The position numbers were made by a program, and so were the translations under genes. The notes beneath the pieces are model-generated. The model ran no database searches, was not told the DNA's origin, and saw only the letters and a program-made list of their open reading frames with translations. From positions 96,001 through 160,000 of IMG/VR virus record IMGVR_UViG_3300035188_001379: a stretch of 64,000 nucleotides of DNA; one strand, 5' to 3'. Shown piece after piece: positions 44,960-53,750 of the stretch; positions within the stretch are counted from its first letter, which is position 1; each line of letters opens with the position of its first letter. This stretch comes from a virus.

Positions 44960-45934
44960 ATGAATAGTACTGAGGCATATCTTCAAAAAGTTGCTACAGC
45001 TTGGAAGGAGCGGCTTAGAGCTGGAGTACTAGGCACAAAATCTTTAGGTAAAATACTAGACCGGGCAGGTATGTCTAGACCTGATGAGGGAGTTAAAAGA
45101 TTACACGAACGTGTTTCTCATCCTGCGTACGCTAAAGGGCAAGAGTATCATAACCCTATGAGAGGACGCCCGATAAAACGTAACCCGAACTACACCTACG
45201 ACAACACGCGCAAAGATCTGAAACAGATCAGCCGCGCGTTGGCTGACAGATCCGGTGAATACAGGTCATCTGATCTTTTCAGTATTTTTCCAAGCTATAA
45301 GGGGCATTTAGATAGAAGGATTGTTGACGGGTACACCAATTACATAGCACAGAACGCAGGTGAAGATGGTGCTGTCTTGGCGAAGCTAGTAGCCAGACGG
45401 GATAAAACCCCCATTTCATCAAAAAAATTCATAGGCAGCAGTGAGGGAGTTATTCCTTACGATCGCAATAAGCCTTGGCATGAGCAACTTAAACAAACGC
45501 GACAATCACCATACGGAGCGGGTATGGCTCTCCAAGATATAAGTGCAGCATTAGCTCCTTTAGGTATAGGGAGCCCTACTGCCAGACATGAGATTGCACA
45601 TCTCATTGATAGTAGTCTTCCTCGAGCTGATAGGTTTGCTGTTTTGAAAGAGCTGCATCAAACACTTAGAAGAAATCCTGAGGTTATGAGGGCTATAGCT
45701 AGGCAGGGTTTGGAGGGGTCTGTGTTTATACGTGAAGGAATGGCGCAAATGATAGCCAGTAAAGGCAATTCAAATTCTGCAAAAAGATTTATTTCTAAAT
45801 ATATTGATGCTGCGAAAAACTCAGGCATAGATGATTTGCTGCGGCTGCTTCCTAAATCCTTAGAAAAGGATCCTTCGGGGCGAGATGCTGCCGTAATAAC
45901 TCAATTGATGCGTAACTATGAGCTTCGGGTTTAA
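44960..45934 (+). CDS. zincin-like protein, paralog of the 33711 C-terminal domain
   Basis: KVATAWKERLRAG; ARHEIAH; AVLKELHQTL.RNPEVMR; DPSGRDAAV. Confidence 0.75.
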   Translation: MNSTEAYLQKVATAWKERLRAGVLGTKSLGKILDRAGMSRPDEGVKRLHERVSHPAYAKGQEYHNPMRGRPIKRNPNYTYDNTRKDLKQISRALADRSGEYRSSDLFSIFPSYKGHLDRRIVDGYTNYIAQNAGEDGAVLAKLVARRDKTPISSKKFIGSSEGVIPYDRNKPWHEQLKQTRQSPYGAGMALQDISAALAPLGIGSPTARHEIAHLIDSSLPRADRFAVLKELHQTLRRNPEVMRAIARQGLEGSVFIREGMAQMIASKGNSNSAKRFISKYIDAAKNSGIDDLLRLLPKSLEKDPSGRDAAVITQLMRNYELRV

Positions 45935-45949
45935 GACAAGCTTGGCTCT

Positions 45950-46393
45950 ATGAAAAAGACATACGCTTGCGCTATATGCGGCAAGATCTGGAATAGACGT
46001 ACGCTAAGGATGGAGCAGGGGAAAACCTGCAGTAAGAAGTGCGCAAGTATTAAAGGTTATTTGAGCGGAGACCGCAAAGAGACAGGTATAGAGCTCAAAC
46101 TACAGTCGCTACTACTGGCTCTAGATATTGAATTTGAAACGCAGAAGCCTATCCTTGGGGTTACGATAGCTGACGTGTTTATTCTACCCAACGTAGCTAT
46201 ATTTGCAGATGGCGCATACTGGCACGGAGACCCGATGACTCAGTATAAAGACGCAGAGAAAACAAAAAGGCTTAGGCGTGCAGGCTATGTTGTATTGCGG
46301 CTGGATGAGGAAGAAATCGAAGAAGACACTGAGCTTGTAAAATCTAAATTGCTGGAAGCGTATAATTGTCGTAGAATAACAAAAAAACTTTAA
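45950..46393 (+). CDS. Zn-finger + DUF559/Vsr-like endonuclease
   Basis: CAICG...CSKKC; ET.IE..L; ADVF; FADGAYWHG; GYVVLRL. Confidence 0.75.
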   Translation: MKKTYACAICGKIWNRRTLRMEQGKTCSKKCASIKGYLSGDRKETGIELKLQSLLLALDIEFETQKPILGVTIADVFILPNVAIFADGAYWHGDPMTQYKDAEKTKRLRRAGYVVLRLDEEEIEEDTELVKSKLLEAYNCRRITKKL

Positions 46394-46401
46394 ATTTAAA
46401 T

Positions 46402-46758
46402 ATGGCGACAACGAAACTATCAGAGCTTAACGAAGGGAAAAAACCAGAAGGACACAAAAGAAGTTCTCGCTGGGGTAAAACAAGAAAAGCTCATCTGAAG
46501 GAGAATCCTACGTGCGCGCTTTGCGGAGGAACTAAAAAACTGGAAGTGCATCATATTCATCCTTTCCATACACACCCAGAACTTGAATTAGAGGCAAGCA
46601 ATCTAATTACTCTCTGCGAAGACAAAGGAGACGGAGTATACTGCCATTTATTTTTTGGGCATTTAGGTAGTTATAAATGCGTTAATCCTACAATTCGTGA
46701 AGACATACTTATCTGGAGAGAAAAGCTCGCAGGTAGAAATAAAGACTTCAGTTTGTAA
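46402..46758 (+). CDS. HNH endonuclease
   Basis: CALCG...LEVHHIHP....PEL.....NLITLC...CH...H. Confidence 0.85.
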   Translation: MATTKLSELNEGKKPEGHKRSSRWGKTRKAHLKENPTCALCGGTKKLEVHHIHPFHTHPELELEASNLITLCEDKGDGVYCHLFFGHLGSYKCVNPTIREDILIWREKLAGRNKDFSL

Positions 46759-46788
46759 TTTAAGGCTGGTAAAATATTTAATTAAGTC

Positions 46789-47196
46789 ATGAATACCCAG
46801 CAACAAGCGTATATCTACGGATTCGTAAAAAGAGCAGCCGAGCACGGTGTTAGCGAAGATAAAGCTCTTGACCTCTTGAAAGAAAAAATGGGGCCTTTCG
46901 ACGCTGAGCGTGCTGCCGACATGCTTGCAGCAGAGGTAAAGCTTAAAGCGTTAACTCACAATAAAAAAGAACACCCGTACCACTACTATTTAAATCCTTT
47001 TGTAGGAGGTCCTCTTACAGAAGTAATGACTAAGTTAGATAGACGTGGTTATGCAGGAATAGCAGACGACGAAGTACTCGCACATCATTTAATTGGAGGG
47101 CCTTTGTTAAATATGTACAGGGGAGGAAAAGAAACAAGAAACAAGGTTAGAGAAAAGTTCAATAAAGCTGTGGAAGACTATTCTGGAGAAAAATAA
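46789..47196 (+). CDS. GFVKRA module protein
   Basis: MNTQQQAYIYGFVKRAAEHGVS. Confidence 0.7.
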   Translation: MNTQQQAYIYGFVKRAAEHGVSEDKALDLLKEKMGPFDAERAADMLAAEVKLKALTHNKKEHPYHYYLNPFVGGPLTEVMTKLDRRGYAGIADDEVLAHHLIGGPLLNMYRGGKETRNKVREKFNKAVEDYSGEK

Positions 47197-47219
47197 GGTT
47201 AATTTTAACACGCATACAT

Positions 47220-47957
47220 ATGAGCAAAGCTATACAATATCTTGAAAAACTGGCAGCAAAAAAAGAAAAAGAAAAAGAGCGGGGTATAGGGTTAAGTGGG
47301 GTAATAGGAGCTCCATTACTCGCTGCTGGTGTTTTGGGGCTGGCCGGCAGTGTTCCTGCCACTAAGATGCTTTTACGCGGAGCTCGGGTGCCAGAGAAAA
47401 AAACCTTACTGTCTAAGCTAATGCCTAAGAGTTACGATGCGCGGGATTTTGTTGCGGACTATATTGCTACAAGTCGCGGTGTAGGTCATACACCATATGC
47501 AAAGCCTTTAAAAGCGTACGCAAAGACACAAGCAAAGCCTTCTATCACATATCCAACAGCTGAATTGGCTGTGAAAGAGATGGAAGACCACTACGATAGC
47601 TTCTTGTCTAAAGATCCAAGAAATGCGGTACGTAAATGGATTGATGAAGTGGTTGCACATAAAAAAGAAAATTTTATTAAAAATAACCCCGATTTTAAAG
47701 GAAACAGAATTACTCAAGATTTCGAAGCACGAGGACAAAAATTAAAAGATTATATAGCGCAACCTCACGAAGACACACTAAAACTTATAAGAGAAATAGA
47801 AGATCCTGAGCTTTTAAAAATGCTGATCAATATGCAGTCACAAAAGGCAAAGGTTTCTGGTTTTTATGGTAAACTCGGTCTTGGTGGTTTAGGTTTGGCT
47901 GGAGTTGGGGCAGGGCTTGTAGGAAAAGAAATTTATGACCAGTCACAAAAAGAATAG
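47220..47957 (+). CDS. K-x-A leader protein with Gly-rich hydrophobic ends
   Basis: YLEKLAAKK; GLSGVIGAPLLAAG and GLGGLGLAGVGAGL. Confidence 0.65.
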   Translation: MSKAIQYLEKLAAKKEKEKERGIGLSGVIGAPLLAAGVLGLAGSVPATKMLLRGARVPEKKTLLSKLMPKSYDARDFVADYIATSRGVGHTPYAKPLKAYAKTQAKPSITYPTAELAVKEMEDHYDSFLSKDPRNAVRKWIDEVVAHKKENFIKNNPDFKGNRITQDFEARGQKLKDYIAQPHEDTLKLIREIEDPELLKMLINMQSQKAKVSGFYGKLGLGGLGLAGVGAGLVGKEIYDQSQKE

Positions 47958-49860
47958 CGAGAGTAATTCTGAAAAAGCTGAAAACGCGCTAACCGTTGCC
48001 TCTGGTGGATTAGGGGCAGCGGCCTTGGCTAAATTTATATACTCTGGAGGTCTGCGCGGAGTAGATCTAGATGCTGCGCCTAGTGTGCAGATTATGAGTA
48101 ACAACGAGGGGTCTTTTGGTAATCAGGCAAAAGGACTAGAAAGTTTGCTGAAGGCCGAAGGCATCAAGACTGCCCCATTTTCATGGGGGTTTACTGGAGC
48201 AGGTGAACGTAAGCCTGGTTGGCAAAGAATTCTGCATGCTCCGTTTAGTGATGCCTCAATATATTTAGGACATAACACAAATGTTCTTAAACATCTAGCT
48301 GATATAGGTAAACTGAAGTATAGAGTAAATACTGACTTCAGAGAGGGTAATTTTTTAAGCCCTCACATACTGCATCATGGCGGATCCGGTGAAACGTTAA
48401 AGCAAAGCTTGGCGCGTAAAATAATCTTACTGCTCGGAGGCGGAGATAAAATGGCGGTAAGAGAAAACCCTAAACACTACGATAGGTTTTTTACACCAGG
48501 AGACGCGTCGGAAGCAATGCCTGAGATGTATCAAGGTAAAAAACCGTCTGTAATGACGGGCAACATACCTACAAGAGATATATTTGGAGAAACTCCATAT
48601 AATGAAAAAAAATGGAGTCCAGGAGAAAAAATAAAAGCTATACTCACAACAGGAGGAGGCAACGCAATGCCTCAAGTTTTTGACGAGCTTGCCTCGGAGC
48701 ATGCTGGGCTAGCCAAAGGGGCACCTAGACCATCTTTGTACGATGTAGATAAAAGATGGATATCTCCGAAGCCCTGGAGAAACTATGATGTAAAGAAAAA
48801 GTTTTTCATAGATGACATCCTTGAGAATTTAAGAAAAACGCATGGAAAAGATAACGTAGAATTAGACTGGCTAACTGGGTATAACCCTAAAGTTACAGCG
48901 TGGCCAGGCAATGTAGAGCTTATGCATGAGCTTAGGGAGCATATGAAAACTCCTGAAGGTGCAGAAAGGTTCAAGGGATTGAACGTACTGGATCATATAG
49001 ATGATATGCCTAAGGCTTTTTCTGATGCTCACTATATTTTTGCTACTCCGGGGAGTACTGTAGCTGAAGTGATGCGTATGCCTGGGGAGCATGTACCTAA
49101 ACTTGTGAATATGCTTCCAAATCAGGAGGCGGAGGGGTACATGAATCACTTTACAACAAACGCAAACGAGACAGTCAAAAAGTTTCCAGGGGCTAAAGTG
49201 TGGGATGCCACCGCAGAAGACAGAAATGCTGCTCTTGCTAAAATAATGGCAGAGCCTCACAGCATAGCAAAAGGCAGAACTAAAGGCTACGAAACAAGCA
49301 TGGGAGATATTGGGAGAGTTATTCGAGAAGACGTCAAACAAAACAAAGTTAAAAACATAAAAACTCTTTTGGCGCTTACAGGTGCAGGTCTTGGAGCTTT
49401 CGGATTATCCAGGGTAATTAAAAAAATAAGAGAGCTGCGTGCAAAAAAACCTGAAAAAGAAGAGACAAAGCAAGCCGAGTTCTTTTCAAAGATCGCTAGC
49501 TTCATAAAAGCTTCAGGCAGCGACATCGATATCATGTTTGATAAAAAGGTAGAGACAAAACCTAAAGACCCTCTAGATGGCAGGCTTAAGAAGAACAAAG
49601 CTATTGTAGAGGTCAAAGAAACAGGGTTAGAGGAGCCCAAGCTGCACAAGCATAAAATAAAAATAGCTCTCGAGAAACTTAGAGGAGGAAAAGGAGACCG
49701 TAAATCAGACGAGTCTTTTTCGAGTAGTGAATTAAGAAAGGGAACCACACACGAGCTAGAGCATACAAAAGATAAAGAGCTTGCGAAAGAAATCGCTAAA
49801 GATCATTTGAGTGAAGTTAAAGACTATTACTCGAAGCTACAAAAAGCAAATATAGACTAG
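47935..49860 (+). CDS. GT-B glycosyltransferase-like domain + DUF5661-like C-terminal domain
   Basis: TGNIP.R, ILTTGGG, LTG, IDDMPKAFSDAHYIFATPGSTVAE (MurG/GT28-like); GTTHELEH...IAKDHL.E..DYY.KL (DUF5661-like, from memory). Confidence 0.65.
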   Translation: MTSHKKNSESNSEKAENALTVASGGLGAAALAKFIYSGGLRGVDLDAAPSVQIMSNNEGSFGNQAKGLESLLKAEGIKTAPFSWGFTGAGERKPGWQRILHAPFSDASIYLGHNTNVLKHLADIGKLKYRVNTDFREGNFLSPHILHHGGSGETLKQSLARKIILLLGGGDKMAVRENPKHYDRFFTPGDASEAMPEMYQGKKPSVMTGNIPTRDIFGETPYNEKKWSPGEKIKAILTTGGGNAMPQVFDELASEHAGLAKGAPRPSLYDVDKRWISPKPWRNYDVKKKFFIDDILENLRKTHGKDNVELDWLTGYNPKVTAWPGNVELMHELREHMKTPEGAERFKGLNVLDHIDDMPKAFSDAHYIFATPGSTVAEVMRMPGEHVPKLVNMLPNQEAEGYMNHFTTNANETVKKFPGAKVWDATAEDRNAALAKIMAEPHSIAKGRTKGYETSMGDIGRVIREDVKQNKVKNIKTLLALTGAGLGAFGLSRVIKKIRELRAKKPEKEETKQAEFFSKIASFIKASGSDIDIMFDKKVETKPKDPLDGRLKKNKAIVEVKETGLEEPKLHKHKIKIALEKLRGGKGDRKSDESFSSSELRKGTTHELEHTKDKELAKEIAKDHLSEVKDYYSKLQKANID

Positions 49861-49918
49861 CCTATTTCGGTAGGAAATATATTGCTGTAGTTTAACTGAT
49901 GGTATATATTCAGCCATT

Positions 49919-50299
49919 ATGGTGATGAAAAAGAAGAGGATACCTCAGTTCGACCCAGCTACAGCCTTATTCGACAACGACTTAATCCTGATTGATCAGG
50001 AAAACGTTACCAAGAAGGCATCGTTCAAGCTATTCAAAGATTCTGTTGGCGGTAACGGCGGAGGAGGATCACGTAACACCACAACATATTATTTTGTCGG
50101 AGACGGTATCAAAAAAACGTTTAACCCTGTGTCTTCGCTAGTCAGCACAGATGCTACAAAATGTTTGGTTGTAGTTGGTGGTGTTCCGCAACTAGCTAAT
50201 ATATCGTATGATCTAACTATGGACGCTGGAGGAACCCTGCGATTCATCGACGAAGCCCCTCCTGAAGGGCTTTCCATCTCTATACAAAGTTTTCAATAG
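49919..50299 (+). CDS. tail/fibre-associated small protein
   Basis: FVGDGIKKTF...VVVGGVPQ...Y....GTLRF.DEAP is a beta-sandwich motif common in tail proteins. Confidence 0.6.
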   Translation: MVMKKKRIPQFDPATALFDNDLILIDQENVTKKASFKLFKDSVGGNGGGGSRNTTTYYFVGDGIKKTFNPVSSLVSTDATKCLVVVGGVPQLANISYDLTMDAGGTLRFIDEAPPEGLSISIQSFQ

Positions 50300-50364
50300 T
50301 TCTTTATTTTAGATAAATAATCGGGTATGATAATGACTGTACCGAATTAACCTTTTAAAAATAT

Positions 50365-51681
50365 ATGCCATTAACAAAAGTAAGATACGACATGTTAGAT
50401 CCGGAGATCACGCAAAAGATCTCTGACGCTGGGAGTCCTTTGGTCTTTACTCAAGACCCTAACAATGCGAGCGCAAAAGCATTAACCAAGTTCAAAATTG
50501 ACGGAGGTGAAAAGAACATTCGTAGTACAGCGTTCGCTGAAGGCAAGCTTGTGATTACTCTCGCAAGTTTTACACCTACAGTTACCCCTACAGGGCAGAC
50601 TAATCTTGCTTGGGATAAGGCAGCTACTGAATTTACTGTAGTGGTTGATAATCCTTCTACCGATTATCCTGATCAATGGCTTACTGAAGTTACCGCCATT
50701 GAGCAGACCGCTGGAGCTGTGTCTGTAGATTTGGATGACTACACACCCACTACACAACAAACCTTACCTTTGACGGCTTCTGGCGATTTTACAGTAAAAT
50801 ATACTGCTGACAAAACCGTCAGCTATATCCGTCCTGTTCATGCTAGTGTTAACGGTACAGCTAACGGCGGATCTGCAGGAGCTAATGTAGTGCTTAAGAG
50901 CAAGACAGGAACTGCCGATGCTGTTAACTGGACTACAAAGTATCCGTGGAGCACTACCTGGCAAAACGTAAGTCACAGTATTTCACTCGCTAACCTGACA
51001 GGTAAAACATTCCTTAAGACCTACGATAAGGTTACCTTTACTGTGGCAAGTTCGGGACTTGACACGCGCGGTAACGCAAACCACACATTCACAGTTACTG
51101 GAGGTACGGCAACCGAACCAGGAACTTCTGGCTCGTTGACAGGTGACTTCGAGTTCGATAAAGAAATCAACCACAGCAACGGCGCTACTGTCAGAACTAT
51201 CAGGTTAACAACTGAGTTTACAAGACCTGCTGAAGTTACAGGTACAGAGTATAAATTTACTCCTGGTGACGAGACTACGACAGCGATATCTGCCGCTTTT
51301 TCGTATCCTTCGTTTACTCTGATGAGCGCTTCTACTCCAACAGCAAATACAATCATCAGTGACGGCTCAACGACAGGGTTTAGTGGGGCTGTAGCTCTTC
51401 TCGGAGACCAGCAAAAAGCTTACACTACATCAGTAACTAATCCTGATGCGACAAACGCAACCAAGTTTTGGTTTGGTGTTAGAACAGCCGCAGGGGTACC
51501 CACTTCCATCAAAGGTGGAACATCTCTCATATCTGACGTGTCTTATGAAACAGCCACTATTACTTTAACGCCATCGAACACAAGCGATGCTGACAAATGG
51601 CAGAACTATAGCGGAGAAGGCTATACACTTATAGGGATTACAATACCTGGAGGAGCTAGCACAAACATCATTATTTCTTAA
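50365..51681 (+). CDS. putative structural (Thr/Gly-rich beta) protein
   Basis: MPLTKVRYDML start; beta-rich composition; tail gene context. Confidence 0.6.
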   Translation: MPLTKVRYDMLDPEITQKISDAGSPLVFTQDPNNASAKALTKFKIDGGEKNIRSTAFAEGKLVITLASFTPTVTPTGQTNLAWDKAATEFTVVVDNPSTDYPDQWLTEVTAIEQTAGAVSVDLDDYTPTTQQTLPLTASGDFTVKYTADKTVSYIRPVHASVNGTANGGSAGANVVLKSKTGTADAVNWTTKYPWSTTWQNVSHSISLANLTGKTFLKTYDKVTFTVASSGLDTRGNANHTFTVTGGTATEPGTSGSLTGDFEFDKEINHSNGATVRTIRLTTEFTRPAEVTGTEYKFTPGDETTTAISAAFSYPSFTLMSASTPTANTIISDGSTTGFSGAVALLGDQQKAYTTSVTNPDATNATKFWFGVRTAAGVPTSIKGGTSLISDVSYETATITLTPSNTSDADKWQNYSGEGYTLIGITIPGGASTNIIIS

Positions 51682-51723
51682 GTGTAGTACCGGTTAAAAA
51701 AATAAACCCAGCTCAATATAATT

Positions 51724-53265
51724 ATGAAAGATACAACAGGATTATTACCGTTTCAATGGCCAGGTACATGGTTAGCTTCAGGCAACTCGCCTATCGTTTT
51801 AGACTCTGATATCAGAGGTACACTACAAAGTATTGCCGGAGGAAGCACAGAAAAGCTCACTTCTCTGTCAGGCACAAGACTCAGTGAAGGGATGCTTGTT
51901 TATGTCAAAGAGTCGTACACTGCGTCTGAACCAGGGGCGACTCCAAGCGATCCACAGGTACAATATGCAAGAGAGGGAGGGCAATATTACCAATATCGTG
52001 CTGGCGGAGCTACGAGAGATGCTAACGGTGCGTTCCCTAACAATTCTGAGTCTTACTGGCACGTTTTAGGTCTTGCTGGCGACAAGGGAGACCCTGGAGT
52101 TTCTTCGAGCATCTACAAGTATAAGGCAGAGACAACGGCTACTTTTGACGCTGACGACGCGACAAAGATTCCAGGTGCTGCGCAGATCATGTGGAGCAGT
52201 GCGGGACCCAACCAGAAGAGCGCAGAGTACATTTATGTGTCTCACAAGACAAGCGATACGCTTGATATCGATAACTTCCTCAGCTTGTTGCAAGCTACGC
52301 AACCTATCCTCATTCAGAACGCTACAAATAGCGAAAGCTACCAGAAGTTTACTATCACAGGGGCACCCACCAGAGTAGTTAAACCAAACGGAGCTAGCTC
52401 AATCGTCTATTGGAGTATTCCTGTCGAAGAAACCTCAAGCTCAGGTTTAGCGGCTACAGCGGGTTTCAGTGACGAAGACGACATTTTGCTTGTTGTCGTT
52501 TCTGGTGCAAGAGGCGAGCAAGGCCCTCAGGGAGAATCGGCAACTATTGTTGGAAAGACAAGGAACACTTTGTTTACAACTGAGCTTGTCGATGCAAATG
52601 ATCCGACGCAGGGAGTTAAGAAAGAATACGGCCCCTTGACAGGCTGGACGGCTAACGACCATGAGGCTTTTATTGTTAAGCTTGGCGGCGTCATTCTTAC
52701 AGGCGGCACTGACAAAACAGGAGCTAACGCAAAAGGCTATGTAATCGAAGGTACTACACAACAGTCTAGTAAGGTTGTACTGACCGAAGAGCCTAGTGTA
52801 GGCTATGAGCTTGAAGTGCGGGCTATCTCTGTAGGTGCGGCTGCTACCACTTTGAGTGGTACGCTTTCTTCACCTATTCGTGAAGTGGCCAAAACAGATA
52901 TCAATGTAATTCCTGCAGAAACTCGTCTCGATCTCGGATTACAGCAGGTCTATCTGTACCCTGGAGACGCACCAGCTCTTTTCAGCCTCAACCTTAAGCA
53001 CACCGAGAGCAACAACTTAAATGCTTTGATGCAGATCGGTGAAGCTATCGGAGCTACCGTTATGGTGGGAGCAGGCACTACAGGCACTCTTCCTGCGTTA
53101 GGAAACGTGCAGATTGATGGAGTCACACAAGCAGTTAAATGGGTTAACAGCACAAAGACTCTTACAGCCGGCAAGTTGAACATCATCAGCCTCACAGTAA
53201 TCAAGACAGCAAATGACGCATTCACTGTTGTTGGTTCTGTTGTTGCTGCTGGAACTCCTGCCTAA
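51724..53265 (+). CDS. tail-fibre-like protein
   Basis: Short collagen-like GDKGDPG and GEQGPQG; GMLVYV...YQY module; C-terminal Gp10-like W......T...LNIISLTVIK domain. Confidence 0.6.
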   Translation: MKDTTGLLPFQWPGTWLASGNSPIVLDSDIRGTLQSIAGGSTEKLTSLSGTRLSEGMLVYVKESYTASEPGATPSDPQVQYAREGGQYYQYRAGGATRDANGAFPNNSESYWHVLGLAGDKGDPGVSSSIYKYKAETTATFDADDATKIPGAAQIMWSSAGPNQKSAEYIYVSHKTSDTLDIDNFLSLLQATQPILIQNATNSESYQKFTITGAPTRVVKPNGASSIVYWSIPVEETSSSGLAATAGFSDEDDILLVVVSGARGEQGPQGESATIVGKTRNTLFTTELVDANDPTQGVKKEYGPLTGWTANDHEAFIVKLGGVILTGGTDKTGANAKGYVIEGTTQQSSKVVLTEEPSVGYELEVRAISVGAAATTLSGTLSSPIREVAKTDINVIPAETRLDLGLQQVYLYPGDAPALFSLNLKHTESNNLNALMQIGEAIGATVMVGAGTTGTLPALGNVQIDGVTQAVKWVNSTKTLTAGKLNIISLTVIKTANDAFTVVGSVVAAGTPA

Positions 53266-53280
53266 TTGGCAGATAACAAC

Positions 53281-53313
53281 GACAGGGCGCAGAATCATGG
53301 GCTGCGCCCTGTC
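53281..53313 (+). other. perfect 12-bp GC-rich hairpin without U-tract
   Basis: GACAGGGCGCAG-AATCATGGG-CTGCGCCCTGTC, intergenic. Confidence 0.7.
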
Positions 53314-53329
53314 TAACCAATATTTATTT

Positions 53330-53731
53330 ATGCCTTTCATCACATCTGTAGGTTCAGCTAACTCGTTTGGCTTTGGATTGTCTTATATCAAAAAGTACAT
53401 AGAGACTCTCTGGATATACGTTTCTAGTGGGAATGCCGCATGGGCAACTCAAGCCAACTGGTATAAAGACGAACAACACACTGTAGCGGCAGGTAAGCTT
53501 CCTGCAGCTACGAATGCGGCTGTTTTATTGAGTGACGCTACTGCAGATGTGGAAACTTGGACGGCCCCAGAGAGTATTGAATTAAATGGAAATACTCTAA
53601 CTCTACAGGCGCACACTTTTACTACTAACCCTGCGTGTGCCCCTATAGTCACAATATCTGTCGATATAACTAATTCTCAAGGACCGACAACTTCTTTAAA
53701 TCTTGTAGGACACATACAGACTGCTGCATAA
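53330..53731 (+). CDS. small fibre-associated protein
   Basis: Start reassigned to MPFITSVGSANSFGFG; SGNAAWATQANWY. Confidence 0.6.
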   Translation: MPFITSVGSANSFGFGLSYIKKYIETLWIYVSSGNAAWATQANWYKDEQHTVAAGKLPAATNAAVLLSDATADVETWTAPESIELNGNTLTLQAHTFTTNPACAPIVTISVDITNSQGPTTSLNLVGHIQTAA

Positions 53732-53750
53732 TAAGCCAAAACTTAATTTT

